Source: a virus (taxonomy: Duplodnaviria; Caudoviricetes). From it: DNA of 27,325 bases. This document shows positions 1-9,220 of this stretch, one piece after another (position 1 is the first letter of the stretch; each line of letters starts with the position of its first letter). The notes under the pieces were generated by a model. The model was not told the DNA's origin and made no database searches. It saw only the letters and a program-made list of their open reading frames with translations. The stretch is from positions 1 through 27,325 of the IMG/VR virus record IMGVR_UViG_3300037515_000384; one strand, written 5' to 3'. The translations under genes and the position numbers were made by a program.

Positions 1-1754
1 TGGATCAGGCTCTCCTGCGACCAGGCGAACCCGGACGGCTGCGCCTCCCGCTCGACCGTCACCCTCGACAGCAGGTCGAGGCCGAGCGCGTGCTCGAACA
101 GGCCGGTGTCCGCCGTCGGGAGCATCGTGACGCGCTCCACCCGGACCTGCGGGTCCTTCGAGCGGCCGAGGAGCCACTGCGCCCGGGAGAGCGCCTCGGG
201 GTCGTTGTCCATGAGCAGCCCGGCCTCGGCCAGCACCCGCCGAAGGTAGGCGGTCTGCGAGGCGGCGTCGACGGCGACCTGCTCGACCGAGTACTTCCGC
301 TGCACCCGGACCTCGTTGTAGACGTGCGCCACGTCGAAGCTGTCGAGCGACAGGCCGGTGTAGCCGAACTCGCCTGCTCCGGGGGCGTCGGAGAGCGTCA
401 CCTGCGAGGCGGCGTACGCGGCCGTGGTGATCAGCTCGTGCCGTCCGACGAGCGTCGCCTTGCCGTCGCCCGCGACGAAGAACACGCCCGACTCGGAATC
501 GGCGCACAGGCGGATGTAGTCGAGCGCGCCGAACCCGCCGATGTCCGCGTCGCCGAACGTGGTGACGCCAGTGCCGAGGGCACGGTCCGCGGATGGCCAG
601 TCCGCCAGGTCGAGGATGCGGGCGATCCGCTCGTCCGACGTGTCGCCGTTCCACGGCGCGTCGCGTGCGCTGGCGTGCGCGGCGATCCTCTCGTCGGACA
701 GCACCGCGTCGTAGATCGCCAGCTCGTCGACCACGCCGTCGAAGTGGTTGATGACGAACCCGGCCGTTGATCCCACCCCTACCCTCAATCCGGTGAATGG
801 ATGCCCGCCGTCCTTCCCCGAGATTGTGCTCACCTCGAGGCCATCCCGGAACAGTTGCAGTGTCGAGCCGTCAGTCGTGCCCACGATGTGATGCGTGCCG
901 GTGACATCGATCTGACGTCCGAACAGGTCCGAGAACGTCTCACGCCAAAGGACCACGCGGAAGCCGAGCGATATGTTCTCATCGTAGAGCAGCGCGAAGC
1001 CGTCCGCGCTGTCCGTGCTGACGTTCTTAGCTCCCTGCTCTACGATCCTGCTCATCCCGTCCACGGATGTCGGGTTGATGATGACCTCGACTGAGAACGG
1101 CGGCGCTGACACCTCGGCGAGCCGGGTGGGGACGCGCATCCCGTCGTCTACGCCGTCGAGCTCGGCGGCTAGGTCCGCGTCGTGCTCGACCAAGCCTGTG
1201 GTGCCGAGCGTCACACCGCCTTCGTAGACGCCGTTCAGCCGCTTCGAGCCCTGATCGATCGCCACCGTGCCCGACGACTCGCCCAGCCGGTACCAGTTGA
1301 CCGGCGAGTCCTGCGCGACCTCGTGCGCGTACACCGACGCCGGGAGCTCCCGGCGGGCGAGGACCGCGAACCCGTCGACCGCCGTGACCGTCGCGACCGC
1401 GTCCGTCTGGCCCGGCCACTCCTGCGGCCAGTCCTCGATGAGCCCGGAGAACACCGTGTATGTGACCGCGGAGGCGTCGTTGGCGCGCACCCGCAGCCGC
1501 CGCATCGGCCTCACGTTCGGGTAGTAGGCGCCCGACGTGTCGGCCGGGTCGAACCGGCCGTCCGAGTTGGACAGTCGCACCACGCACGTCCCGGCCTCCA
1601 TGCGGCCGAGGTCACGCTGCCTGCCGCGCCGGATCGCCACCTCGCGCACGTAGGCGGTGACGTCCGTCCACGTCGTCGAGCCGATCGCCGTGCCAGGGTC
1701 GGAGGCGAAGCCGATCTCGACCCATACGGTCGTCCCGGCGACCGTCTCGCTCAC
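1..1754 (-). CDS. Minor tail protein with internal LamG/concanavalin A-like domain (3' end runs off window)
   Basis: Absent from the ORF track; translated by hand from the GTG overlapping the tape measure stop: MSETVAGTTVWVEIGFASDP...WTDVTAYVREVAIRRGRQ...LSNSDGRFDP; LamG-like motifs WYRLGE, HHIVGT, FDGVVDELAIYDAVLS. Confidence 0.8.
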   Translation of the reverse strand, partial: MSETVAGTTVWVEIGFASDPGTAIGSTTWTDVTAYVREVAIRRGRQRDLGRMEAGTCVVRLSNSDGRFDPADTSGAYYPNVRPMRRLRVRANDASAVTYTVFSGLIEDWPQEWPGQTDAVATVTAVDGFAVLARRELPASVYAHEVAQDSPVNWYRLGESSGTVAIDQGSKRLNGVYEGGVTLGTTGLVEHDADLAAELDGVDDGMRVPTRLAEVSAPPFSVEVIINPTSVDGMSRIVEQGAKNVSTDSADGFALLYDENISLGFRVVLWRETFSDLFGRQIDVTGTHHIVGTTDGSTLQLFRDGLEVSTISGKDGGHPFTGLRVGVGSTAGFVINHFDGVVDELAIYDAVLSDERIAAHASARDAPWNGDTSDERIARILDLADWPSADRALGTGVTTFGDADIGGFGALDYIRLCADSESGVFFVAGDGKATLVGRHELITTAAYAASQVTLSDAPGAGEFGYTGLSLDSFDVAHVYNEVRVQRKYSVEQVAVDAASQTAYLRRVLAEAGLLMDNDPEALSRAQWLLGRSKDPQVRVERVTMLPTADTGLFEHALGLDLLSRVTVEREAQPSGFAWSQESLI

Positions 1755-4078
1755 AGCACGCCCGTCGTGCCGTTGCGGCGCTGGACCGTGACCAGCGCGG
1801 AGCGGACGACCTCCTCGAGGTCGCGCTCGGTGACGACGGACCCGGCGACGTGCAGGTTCACGGTGACGCCGCCCGACGCCGGCCCGCCCGCGTGGCGGGG
1901 CACATGCGGCAGGATGCGACCGGACGTGCCCGGCACGAACAGCTCCGGCCGCTTCTCGCCGACGATGTAGGGACGGCCTGCCTGGACCGGCCCGCCATGC
2001 GCCTTGGGTTCGAGTCTGCCGCGGGTCCCGAGCGTCGTCGTGACGTTGCGGGGGATGCGAGCCAACTGCGCGTCGAAGTCACGTAGCGCCTTGAGCGCGT
2101 CGAGGTGCGCGACCCGGATCGTGACCTGCGGATCGACGCCCTCGATCGACTCGGCGGTCTCCTTGATCTCGCGGAAGTGCCGTTTGGCGGCCTCGGCCGC
2201 GTCGGCCGGAAGGATGCCGTCACGGACCATCTGGTCCATCTGCTCGTCGTACGCCGCGACGGACAGCGTCCCGTCGTCGATCCCCGCTTGGAACGCGAGC
2301 ATGTCGCCCTTGGCCGCCACCGCGGCGGAGGCCAGGTCACGGTTCGCTCGCTCGGCCTCCTTGGACTTCGGCCCGTACTTCTCGACCGCCTCGGACGCCG
2401 CATCGTGCGCCTCCTGCAACCGCTCCATCGACTGCTGCGCCCGGAAGGCGGGATCGGTCTGCTCGCGCAAGGCGTCCTGCTGGCGTTCGATGGCCTCGGT
2501 CAGGCCGAGGAACTCGACCCGCGTCTTGTCGGCCTCGTCGCCCGTGTCGCCGAGCTGGTCGGCCATGTCCCCGGCGCGGCCGACCCAGCCGTCCATGATC
2601 GGGCGCATGTCCTCGAGCTGCCGCGACCAGCCGTCCGTCGCCGTGGTCGCGTCCTCGGTCGCCCTGGTCGACGCTTGCTGCTCCTCCTGCCGCCGCTTGT
2701 AGCCCTCGGCCGACTCACGGATCGCCGCGTCCTCGCCCCGGATCGCCCGGTCGAGATCCTCCGCCGCCACCTGCGTGCCGGTCTTGTCGCGGCGGAGCTT
2801 CGCGAGCGGGTCGATCGCCTCGTCGATCGCCGACGTCACCCGGCGCATCGCGTCCTCGTCGCCGAGCAGCGCCGCCGTCAGGTCCCCGGTGGCGATGCCG
2901 AGCTCCCGCGCCTGCGTGAGCAGCCCCTCCTGCTCCAGCCGGTTGACGACCGTCTCGCGGGTGTTGTCCGCGAGCGCGCCGCTGTCGGCCTCGATCGCGG
3001 CCGTGTACTCCTGCGCCCGCTGGGTCGCCTTCTCCTTCGCGCCGATCCAGGCGCCGAGCAGCATCGTCGCGACGACGAGCCCCGCGCCGACCAGGCCGCC
3101 CCGCCCCAGCATCCCGCCGAGCTTGCCGAGCGAGATGCTCGTCTTGCCCGTCGTCTTGTCGAGCACCCGCAGCTTGCCGACGAGCGAGCCGCCGAGCGAC
3201 GCCATCGACCCGAACCCGCGGATCACCGGGCCGGCGGCGATGCCGAGCAGCACCGCCCCGGTGGTGACCTGCCTGAGCGGTCCGGGCAGCGCACCGAACC
3301 CCTTGACGAGCCTGCCCGCCACGCCCAGCAGGTCCTTCGCGACCGGCAGCAGCTGCGTGCCGAACTGCGCGGCCGCGTCCTTCGCCTCCGCGGCGACGAT
3401 GCGTGTCTGGTTGGCCACCTCCCCGGACGTGCGTGCGAAGTCGCCCTGCTGCGTGGTGGTCTGCTCCATGATCAGCGCGTAGCGGGCCTGGACCTTCGCC
3501 GCCTCGGTGACCTCGCCGTTCGCGTCCGCCAACCCCATCTCCAGCGCCTTCGAGGTCACCGCGGCGGCGGACACGTTGACCCCGAACTTGCGGAGCGGCT
3601 CGACCTCGCCGGCGAGCGCCGACCGCAGGTTGACGAGCATGTCCTCGGGACTGGCGTTGTTGAAGCTGGCCATGTCGCCCGCGAGCTGCACGAGCGTCAT
3701 GGACATGTCAGCGGCGGGACGCTCCGCCAACCCCATCGCCTGCAGCATCGCGCCGAACCCGCCGGCCGCGTCGAGCGCCTGCGCCTTGGACTGGCCCATC
3801 GCCTGCGCGGACGTGCCGGCCCAGCGCTCGACCTCGCGGGCGCTGCGCCGGAACGTCACGTTGACCTTGCTCAGCGCCTCATTCTGGTCGGAGGCGAACT
3901 TGACCGCGGCCACCGCACCCGCCGCGAGCGGCAGCGAGACGTTGCGGGTGAGCGAGTTGCCGAGATCCTTGAGCCTGCGGCCCGACCGGTCGAGCCTCGT
4001 GCCCATGTCCTTCAGGCCGCGCGCGAACTCCTTCGAATCGAGGAGCGCCCGGATCGTGAGTGTGCCCTTGCTAGCCAC
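1751..4078 (-). CDS. Tape measure protein
   Basis: 775 aa Ala-rich helical protein with LAGDMASFNN...GEVEPLRKFG motif, hydrophobic middle, C-terminal AHGGPV..GRPYIVGEKRPELFVP; downstream of the tail chaperone. Confidence 0.92.
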   Translation of the reverse strand: MASKGTLTIRALLDSKEFARGLKDMGTRLDRSGRRLKDLGNSLTRNVSLPLAAGAVAAVKFASDQNEALSKVNVTFRRSAREVERWAGTSAQAMGQSKAQALDAAGGFGAMLQAMGLAERPAADMSMTLVQLAGDMASFNNASPEDMLVNLRSALAGEVEPLRKFGVNVSAAAVTSKALEMGLADANGEVTEAAKVQARYALIMEQTTTQQGDFARTSGEVANQTRIVAAEAKDAAAQFGTQLLPVAKDLLGVAGRLVKGFGALPGPLRQVTTGAVLLGIAAGPVIRGFGSMASLGGSLVGKLRVLDKTTGKTSISLGKLGGMLGRGGLVGAGLVVATMLLGAWIGAKEKATQRAQEYTAAIEADSGALADNTRETVVNRLEQEGLLTQARELGIATGDLTAALLGDEDAMRRVTSAIDEAIDPLAKLRRDKTGTQVAAEDLDRAIRGEDAAIRESAEGYKRRQEEQQASTRATEDATTATDGWSRQLEDMRPIMDGWVGRAGDMADQLGDTGDEADKTRVEFLGLTEAIERQQDALREQTDPAFRAQQSMERLQEAHDAASEAVEKYGPKSKEAERANRDLASAAVAAKGDMLAFQAGIDDGTLSVAAYDEQMDQMVRDGILPADAAEAAKRHFREIKETAESIEGVDPQVTIRVAHLDALKALRDFDAQLARIPRNVTTTLGTRGRLEPKAHGGPVQAGRPYIVGEKRPELFVPGTSGRILPHVPRHAGGPASGGVTVNLHVAGSVVTERDLEEVVRSALVTVQRRNGTTGVL

Positions 4079-4454
4079 GGGTCGCCCTCACGATCGCCTG
4101 CTGCACGCCCTGCTCGTACGTGCGGATGATCAGCGGCTCGATGTCGTGCGCCGCGCCGATGATGTGCGGGCGGATGGGATGCGGCCGGACGGACTTGATG
4201 CCCCACTGCTGCACCCGCCGGGACCGGTGCGCGCCGCCCACGCGAAGCTCGACCTGGCGGACCGACGCGGACGGCCGGATGGTCTCGCCACGCCCACGGC
4301 CGACACCGGTCGACGCGCCGCCGAGACGCCAGATGATCAGCTGGCCGACCGTCTTGTGCACCCATCCGAGCTCGCGCTCCAGCGCCTTGCCGCCGATGTC
4401 GCGGAGCAGCTCGCGCGTCTCAGGGATGCCGTCGATGACCATGCGTGCGCTCAT
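4071..4454 (-). CDS. HK97 gp10-like tail completion/neck protein (putative)
   Basis: MSARMVIDGIPETRELLRDI...QWG...RPHI pattern and size resemble the gp10 family; ATG overlaps the upstream stop. Confidence 0.55.
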   Translation of the reverse strand: MSARMVIDGIPETRELLRDIGGKALERELGWVHKTVGQLIIWRLGGASTGVGRGRGETIRPSASVRQVELRVGGAHRSRRVQQWGIKSVRPHPIRPHIIGAAHDIEPLIIRTYEQGVQQAIVRATRG

Positions 4455-4609
4455 CGGTCGGCCTCCTCCCGGATCTGCTCCCACGCGACCAGGTGCCGGA
4501 GCTCGGCGGGGGAGGTGCGGCGGATCAGCTCAGACGGTGTGCAACGCAGCCGCTCCGCGACGACGAACAGGCCGTTCAGGGCCGGGTCGGTGCGGAGCCG
4601 TCTTTTGGG
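4451..4609 (-). CDS. -1 frameshift extension of tail assembly chaperone (gpGT C-terminal part)
   Basis: C CCA AAA heptamer (4603-4609) leads into the -1 frame RRLRTDPALNGLFVVAERLRCTPSELIRRTSPAELRHLVAWEQIREE, typical of gpT. Confidence 0.8.
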   Translation of the reverse strand, partial: PKRRLRTDPALNGLFVVAERLRCTPSELIRRTSPAELRHLVAWEQIREEADR

Positions 4610-4935
4610 TCGGACTCCTCCTCCTCGAACCCGGAGAGCCGCAGCGCCACGTCGGACAGGCGCTCGAGCGCCTTGCCGGACTTCTTCACGAGCTTCGCCT
4701 CGTCGCCCTTGCGGAAGACGGGTTCGCCCGACGCCGGATCGCAGGTGGAGAACCGCACCGCGAGCGCGAGCGCGTAGGCGTCGGACTTGCTCTCGAGCGA
4801 CGCCTGGTAGCTGGCGAGCCGGAACGCGGTGAGCTGCTCGGCGTCCATCTCCCGCACGAGGAACCTCGCGTCCCACTCGGGGACGTCGACGATCTCCTCG
4901 GCCAGGTCCTCGACGGCTAGTATCTGGTCGCGCAT
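4576..4935 (-). CDS. Tail assembly chaperone (gpG-like)
   Basis: MRDQILAVEDL.EEIVDVPEW N-terminus, position between tail tube and tape measure, slippery site near its 3' end. Confidence 0.85.
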   Translation of the reverse strand: MRDQILAVEDLAEEIVDVPEWDARFLVREMDAEQLTAFRLASYQASLESKSDAYALALAVRFSTCDPASGEPVFRKGDEAKLVKKSGKALERLSDVALRLSGFEEEESDPKDGSAPTRP

Positions 4936-4967
4936 TCGGCGCTCCGAAAGGGTAGGGGTGATCGAGG

Positions 4968-5237
4968 ATGAGGACGTGTGTAGGGCTACTGCTCGGATTG
5001 GTGCTGCTGGCGGGGTGCGGGTCGCCCGAGTCCGGCGTCGAGGGGGACCTGCCGGGCGAGTACGCCGAGATCATCGACACGGCCACCGGCTGTGCCGAGC
5101 TGCAGGAGGTCTTCGACACGGCCGAGACGACGAGCGCCGCACGTCGGGACGGGGGTGACAGCGAGGGTGCCGGGCAGTACACCGCCGTGATGCGGGCGGC
5201 CGACGAGCGGATGCGCGACGTCGGCTGCTACGACTGA
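4968..5237 (+). CDS. Small lipoprotein (antisense moron)
   Basis: Signal peptide with lipobox LAGC (MRTCVGLLLGLVLLAGC), acidic helical body with two further Cys; fills a gap between minus-strand genes. Confidence 0.8.
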   Translation: MRTCVGLLLGLVLLAGCGSPESGVEGDLPGEYAEIIDTATGCAELQEVFDTAETTSAARRDGGDSEGAGQYTAVMRAADERMRDVGCYD

Positions 5238-5449
5238 GGCGCGGGCCCCGTCTCGGGCTGAGGTCGCCTGTCGGCGGCAGCCAGCACGGCGGCGGCGCGC
5301 AGACGGCCCGTCTTGCGCCTCGCCGGATCGCGGGAGCGGCACAGCTTCGCCACCGCCTCCACGTCGGGCGGATGCTCGGCGTAGCGCTCGGCGGCCAGCG
5401 CGTCGACCGGCTGCCCGTCGGCGAAGCGGCGCAGGTCGGCGAGGCTCAC
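5228..5449 (-). CDS. Hypothetical protein (73 aa)
   Basis: GTG overlaps the tail tube stop (GTGA); MSLADLRRFADGQPVDALAAERY... Confidence 0.5.
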   Translation of the reverse strand: MSLADLRRFADGQPVDALAAERYAEHPPDVEAVAKLCRSRDPARRKTGRLRAAAVLAAADRRPQPETGPAPQS

Positions 5450-5856
5450 GAGCCGTCGTCCCGCACCACGGCCCCGGACACCGGCCAGGTGGTGTCGAGC
5501 GTCGCCAGGTCGCCCACCGAGCCGGCGATCGGCGTGTACTTGCTGACGAGGAACGATGCCGTGTACGACGGGTTCGTCGTCGTCACCGTCCCGGACGTCG
5601 GCTTGACCACCACCTCCGTCACGGTGCCGAGCAGCGGCCACAGGGTCGCGTCGACCTCGGACGCGGCGAAGTCCTGGTGCCACGAGATCGTGATCGAGGC
5701 GTCCTTGAGCCCGCCTATGCGGCTGCGCCAGGTGTCGCCGAACGCGGTGTCCTCCTGCTCGTCCGCCTCGATCGGCAGGTCCACCGCGGCGATGTGGTCG
5801 GACAGGTCCACGGAGTTGACCGTTATCGAGTAGTCGGTGGCTGCGAAGACCGCCAT
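5446..5856 (-). CDS. Major tail (tube) protein
   Basis: 136 aa beta-rich; EDTAFGDTWRSRIGGLKD and GSVGDLAT motifs; strong RBS AGGAGGAG upstream. Confidence 0.8.
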   Translation of the reverse strand: MAVFAATDYSITVNSVDLSDHIAAVDLPIEADEQEDTAFGDTWRSRIGGLKDASITISWHQDFAASEVDATLWPLLGTVTEVVVKPTSGTVTTTNPSYTASFLVSKYTPIAGSVGDLATLDTTWPVSGAVVRDDGS

Positions 5857-5868
5857 GATCTGCTCCTC

Positions 5869-6606
5869 CTAGATGATTCCCACTATCACGACGAAGCTGA
5901 ATGTGGGAGTGTCGGTGCCGCCGATGGTGTATGAAACACGATGCCAATCGTCCGCGATCGCGCCCGCCACCGGCGTCGCCCACTGCGCCCCGACTGCGGT
6001 GGCCTCGGCGAACGTGATCCGGGTCGTGCCGCTGGCGAAGCCCTGCGCGTCGTCGGACTCGACGATCACGTCCAGCGTCGGGTTGGTGCCCGAGACGGCG
6101 AGGACGTGCAGCGTCGCGTACAGCTTCTCGGCGGCGTCGACCGCGCCGAGCTGGCGGGCGGTGCCGGTCGACGTGGATGTGCGGGCAGTCGAGTCGTCGT
6201 GCAGCAGCGTCCCGCGGATCAGCCCGGCACCGTCACGGCCGGCCGCGCTGCCCGTCCAGGCGGCCAGCTCCCCAAGCGTGCCGGTGTGCTGGTAGGCGAG
6301 GTTGCGGGCCTTGAACGTGAACGCGCTGTCGCCGTCGTCGCCGGTCGGGCTCGACGAGATCACCGCCGCGGTGGCGAGGCCGTCGAACAGGATGTCGTCG
6401 ACCTCACCGTCGCCGAGCGAGATGTAGCCGCCGGCCGACATGGCGACGTTCTTGAGCCCGCCGATGCGGGTGCGCCAGCCGGCCGACCCGAACGTCGTCG
6501 AGTCGCGCTCGTCGACCTCGGCCATGAGCTCGATCCGGTTCGAATCGCCGGTGAGGTCGTAGCCGTCGACGTAGTGGCGCGCGTCGACGAGGGCGAACTT
6601 GGCCAT
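5869..6606 (-). CDS. Tail-tube paralogue with C-terminal beta-sandwich extension
   Basis: N-terminal half resembles the neighbouring tube protein (DSTTFGSAGWRTRIGGLKN; GTLGELAA). Confidence 0.65.
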   Translation of the reverse strand: MAKFALVDARHYVDGYDLTGDSNRIELMAEVDERDSTTFGSAGWRTRIGGLKNVAMSAGGYISLGDGEVDDILFDGLATAAVISSSPTGDDGDSAFTFKARNLAYQHTGTLGELAAWTGSAAGRDGAGLIRGTLLHDDSTARTSTSTGTARQLGAVDAAEKLYATLHVLAVSGTNPTLDVIVESDDAQGFASGTTRITFAEATAVGAQWATPVAGAIADDWHRVSYTIGGTDTPTFSFVVIVGII

Positions 6607-6610
6607 GTCG

Positions 6611-7039
6611 TCAGGCTCCTCTCGCCCATACGCGGACGGTGAACTGCACGCCCAGGTAGAGCACCGGGTCGGGCGACGCGGGGATCTCGAACGTGACCGG
6701 CTCCGCGCGCTCCACCCGGCAGTCCGACACGACGCCGCCGAGGGTCTTGTCTGCGCGCACCGCCGCCTTCACGGACGTGGCGCCGCCCGGGTTGGCGTAG
6801 CTGCGCGCCTTCTGCTGCGACTGGTCGTCGGCGCGGCGGGCGACGTACAGGTCCACCCTGAACTCGTGCTCGTCGAGCCCTCGGCCCATCGCCGCGTCGT
6901 ACGTGGTCGCCACCCAGTCGACGATCGCCGCGGGCGGGGAGAACTGGCCGGGCACGGTGTCGAACGCCCGCAGCCCGTCGATGGTGGCGAGCCGCGCCTG
7001 CAGCCCCTCGGCGATCTGCTCGATCGTGGGGGCGGTCAC
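6611..7039 (-). CDS. Tail terminator protein
   Basis: IAEGLQARLATIDGLR...SVKAAVRADKTLGGVV motif, 142 aa, position upstream of tail tube genes; start corrected to GTG at 7039. Confidence 0.7.
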   Translation of the reverse strand: MTAPTIEQIAEGLQARLATIDGLRAFDTVPGQFSPPAAIVDWVATTYDAAMGRGLDEHEFRVDLYVARRADDQSQQKARSYANPGGATSVKAAVRADKTLGGVVSDCRVERAEPVTFEIPASPDPVLYLGVQFTVRVWARGA

Positions 7040-7650
7040 CGGGCGAGGACCCGGCGGAAGGGGCGCAGCATCATCTCGACGTGCCCGTCGATGTAGCGGG
7101 ACACCATCACCCGGGCGTCGCCGAGCTCGATCAGCGGCGCGGCACCCTCTGACACCGTCTTGAAGACGATGCCGCCGAAGCGGATGCACGCCTCCTCGAC
7201 GTCGGCGGGCACAGCCGCCCAGCCGAACCGGCCGACGATCTCGACCGCAGCCGGCCACCGCGGGAACACCAGCGAGCCTTGCGGCTTGGTCGCGATCCGC
7301 GTGTACGGCCTGCCGTTCGTGGGGGCGTTGACGGGCTCGAGCCGGTAGTCCGACGCTGCCCAGGTGGTCCCGTAGGTGCCGTCGCCGTCCTCGTCGGTCT
7401 TGAGGCTCGTGACCGTGCGCACCTCGACGTCCTCGGGCGCGCCGTCGAGCCACACCCGCCCGCCGCTCGCGGCGGTGTAGTAGCGGGTGGCGTCGGAGTC
7501 CTCGGTCCAGAAGCGGCGTCGGCAGTGCCAGTCGATCGCGCGCGACGCGGCCTCGATCGCTCGGTCGACCGCCACGTCGTCGGCCGCGTCGTCGATGTTC
7601 AGCGACTCCTTGACCTGCTCGGCGGTGCAGTAGCCGTTGGTGATCGCCAT
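7036..7650 (-). CDS. Head-to-tail adaptor (gp6/gp15-like)
   Basis: YCTAEQVKESL...AIEAASRAIDWHCRRRF...FGWAAVPADVEEAC...MLRPFRR motifs. Confidence 0.85.
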   Translation of the reverse strand: MAITNGYCTAEQVKESLNIDDAADDVAVDRAIEAASRAIDWHCRRRFWTEDSDATRYYTAASGGRVWLDGAPEDVEVRTVTSLKTDEDGDGTYGTTWAASDYRLEPVNAPTNGRPYTRIATKPQGSLVFPRWPAAVEIVGRFGWAAVPADVEEACIRFGGIVFKTVSEGAAPLIELGDARVMVSRYIDGHVEMMLRPFRRVLAR

Positions 7651-7991
7651 CAGGCCTCAGCCTGTGCGGCCTGCCACTCGGCGAGCCGCTCGCGCTTCTC
7701 CGCGAGCCGGCCACGTGTGGGCAGTCCAGCGGTCTTGAGCGCCTCGTCGAGCGCCTTCCCGCGGAGCTTGCCCGGGTCGGGCGTCGACTCAGCCTCCGGC
7801 GTCCCGGCGGGCGGCTCCTCCGTCGTGGGCTCAGGCGATGCCTCGCCAGGCACGAGCCCGTAGCGTCGCGCTTCGGCGTCGGGGACCTGCTGGCCGGGCA
7901 CGCAGAACAGCCAGCGGGCGTCCGGGTCGCCCTCGCGGACCAGCCGGTGCGGGGCGGCGGTCAGGTACAGTCGCGTCGATGCGGTGTGCAT
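7650..7991 (-). CDS. Hypothetical head-region protein with C-terminal SAP/Rho-N-like helical motif
   Basis: LVREGDPDARWL N-domain, Pro/Glu linker, LRGKALDEALKTAGLPTRGRLAEKRERL. Confidence 0.6.
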   Translation of the reverse strand: MHTASTRLYLTAAPHRLVREGDPDARWLFCVPGQQVPDAEARRYGLVPGEASPEPTTEEPPAGTPEAESTPDPGKLRGKALDEALKTAGLPTRGRLAEKRERLAEWQAAQAEA

Positions 7992-7993
7992 CG

Positions 7994-8272
7994 TCAGCCT
8001 CCCTGGTAGTAGGTGACGTTCAGCTCGGCCGACGAGGCGGCCTCGATCAGGCTGAGCGCCGACAGGTCGCCGTCGTAGACGAGCGTGGCGCCGGCGGCGA
8101 GGACCATCCCCACGGAGCCCGTCGGGTCGGTGCCGTCGTCGCGCCAGCGCACCGCTTGGGTGAACGCCTGCACGAGCGCCCGGTCGGCGCCCGACGGCAC
8201 GGTGAGGCCCACGGCCGCCGACACGCTGGTGATCTGCTCGTAGCCCAGGGGTGCCGGGCGCAGCACTGCCAT
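7994..8272 (-). CDS. Small beta-rich virion protein (hypothetical)
   Basis: AGGAGG RBS then MAVLRPAPLGYEQIT...VRWRDDGTDPT...LNVTYY (92 aa). Confidence 0.65.
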   Translation of the reverse strand: MAVLRPAPLGYEQITSVSAAVGLTVPSGADRALVQAFTQAVRWRDDGTDPTGSVGMVLAAGATLVYDGDLSALSLIEAASSAELNVTYYQGG

Positions 8273-8282
8273 GACGGGCCTC

Positions 8283-9182
8283 CTAGTTGGCCGGCTCGCC
8301 GGACTCGATGCCGTCGGCCAGGTAGTTGGACCACACGTCGGTCGCGTTGCCCTCGACGTTGCCGACGGGGTCGAAGTCGGCCCCATCGATGTTGAAGGAG
8401 TTGCCGACCACCACGTTCCGGCCGGACGCCGCGTCGCCGTTGTCGGTGTCGAGCACCTCGGTCGTCGTGTCGATGAACGAGTTGCCCGTGATCCGCCAGT
8501 CCTGGCAGGCCATCTTCAGGACGTTCGCGCACGAGTGGAACCGGTTGTCGGAGAGCACCCAGCGGATCGGGTAGCCGATCCCGGCGCCGGTCGTGTCCTT
8601 GATCGCGAACCCGGTCAGGCTGGTCATGAAGCAGTCCTGCACGAGCACGTGCCCGCAGCCACCGGACTGTTCGATGCCGTCCTGGCCCGACGCGAAGCGG
8701 CAGTTGACGATCTCGGCGTGGGAGCCGTCGCGCTCGTCGTCGCCCTCGCCGCCGTCGCGGAACAGCTGGATGCACGCGGCGTCGGTCGGGCCGGCGAACA
8801 GGATGTCGGTGAAGCGCCAGCCCTGCTGGATCACCTTGACGAGCGGGGCCGTAGTCGCCGAGGCGGGCGTGGTCCACATCGCCGTCCGCTCGCTGCCCGC
8901 CTTCGGCGTCGCGTCGATGTGGCGGGGGCGGTTGCCCTCGCCGACGATCGTGACGTCGAACACCTCGACGGGGGTGGTGAGCTGCTCGCGGACCTTGCCG
9001 ACGAAGTGGATCCGGTCGCCGGAGGCGAGGTTGTCGAACGCCTTGCTCATCGTGACGAACGCCCCGGTCCACGACAGGCCGTCGTTGTCGTCGCTGCCGT
9101 CGCCGGCGTCGACGTACAGGTCCTTGCCCGGCCCGGTGATGACCCCTGCGCCGCGCGGGATCGAGCCCTCGATGACTGCCAT
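8283..9182 (-). CDS. Right-handed beta-helix (pectin lyase-like) protein
   Basis: LYVDAGDGSDDNDGLSW..AF.T...A......GD.I N-cap followed by beta-helix repeats (IVNCRF, VQDCFM, LSDNRF, ITGNSF, VVGNSF). Confidence 0.75.
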   Translation of the reverse strand: MAVIEGSIPRGAGVITGPGKDLYVDAGDGSDDNDGLSWTGAFVTMSKAFDNLASGDRIHFVGKVREQLTTPVEVFDVTIVGEGNRPRHIDATPKAGSERTAMWTTPASATTAPLVKVIQQGWRFTDILFAGPTDAACIQLFRDGGEGDDERDGSHAEIVNCRFASGQDGIEQSGGCGHVLVQDCFMTSLTGFAIKDTTGAGIGYPIRWVLSDNRFHSCANVLKMACQDWRITGNSFIDTTTEVLDTDNGDAASGRNVVVGNSFNIDGADFDPVGNVEGNATDVWSNYLADGIESGEPAN

Positions 9183-9220
9183 GGTGTTGCTCCCTTCCGG
9201 TCCCTCGGGGTTGGCCGCGC

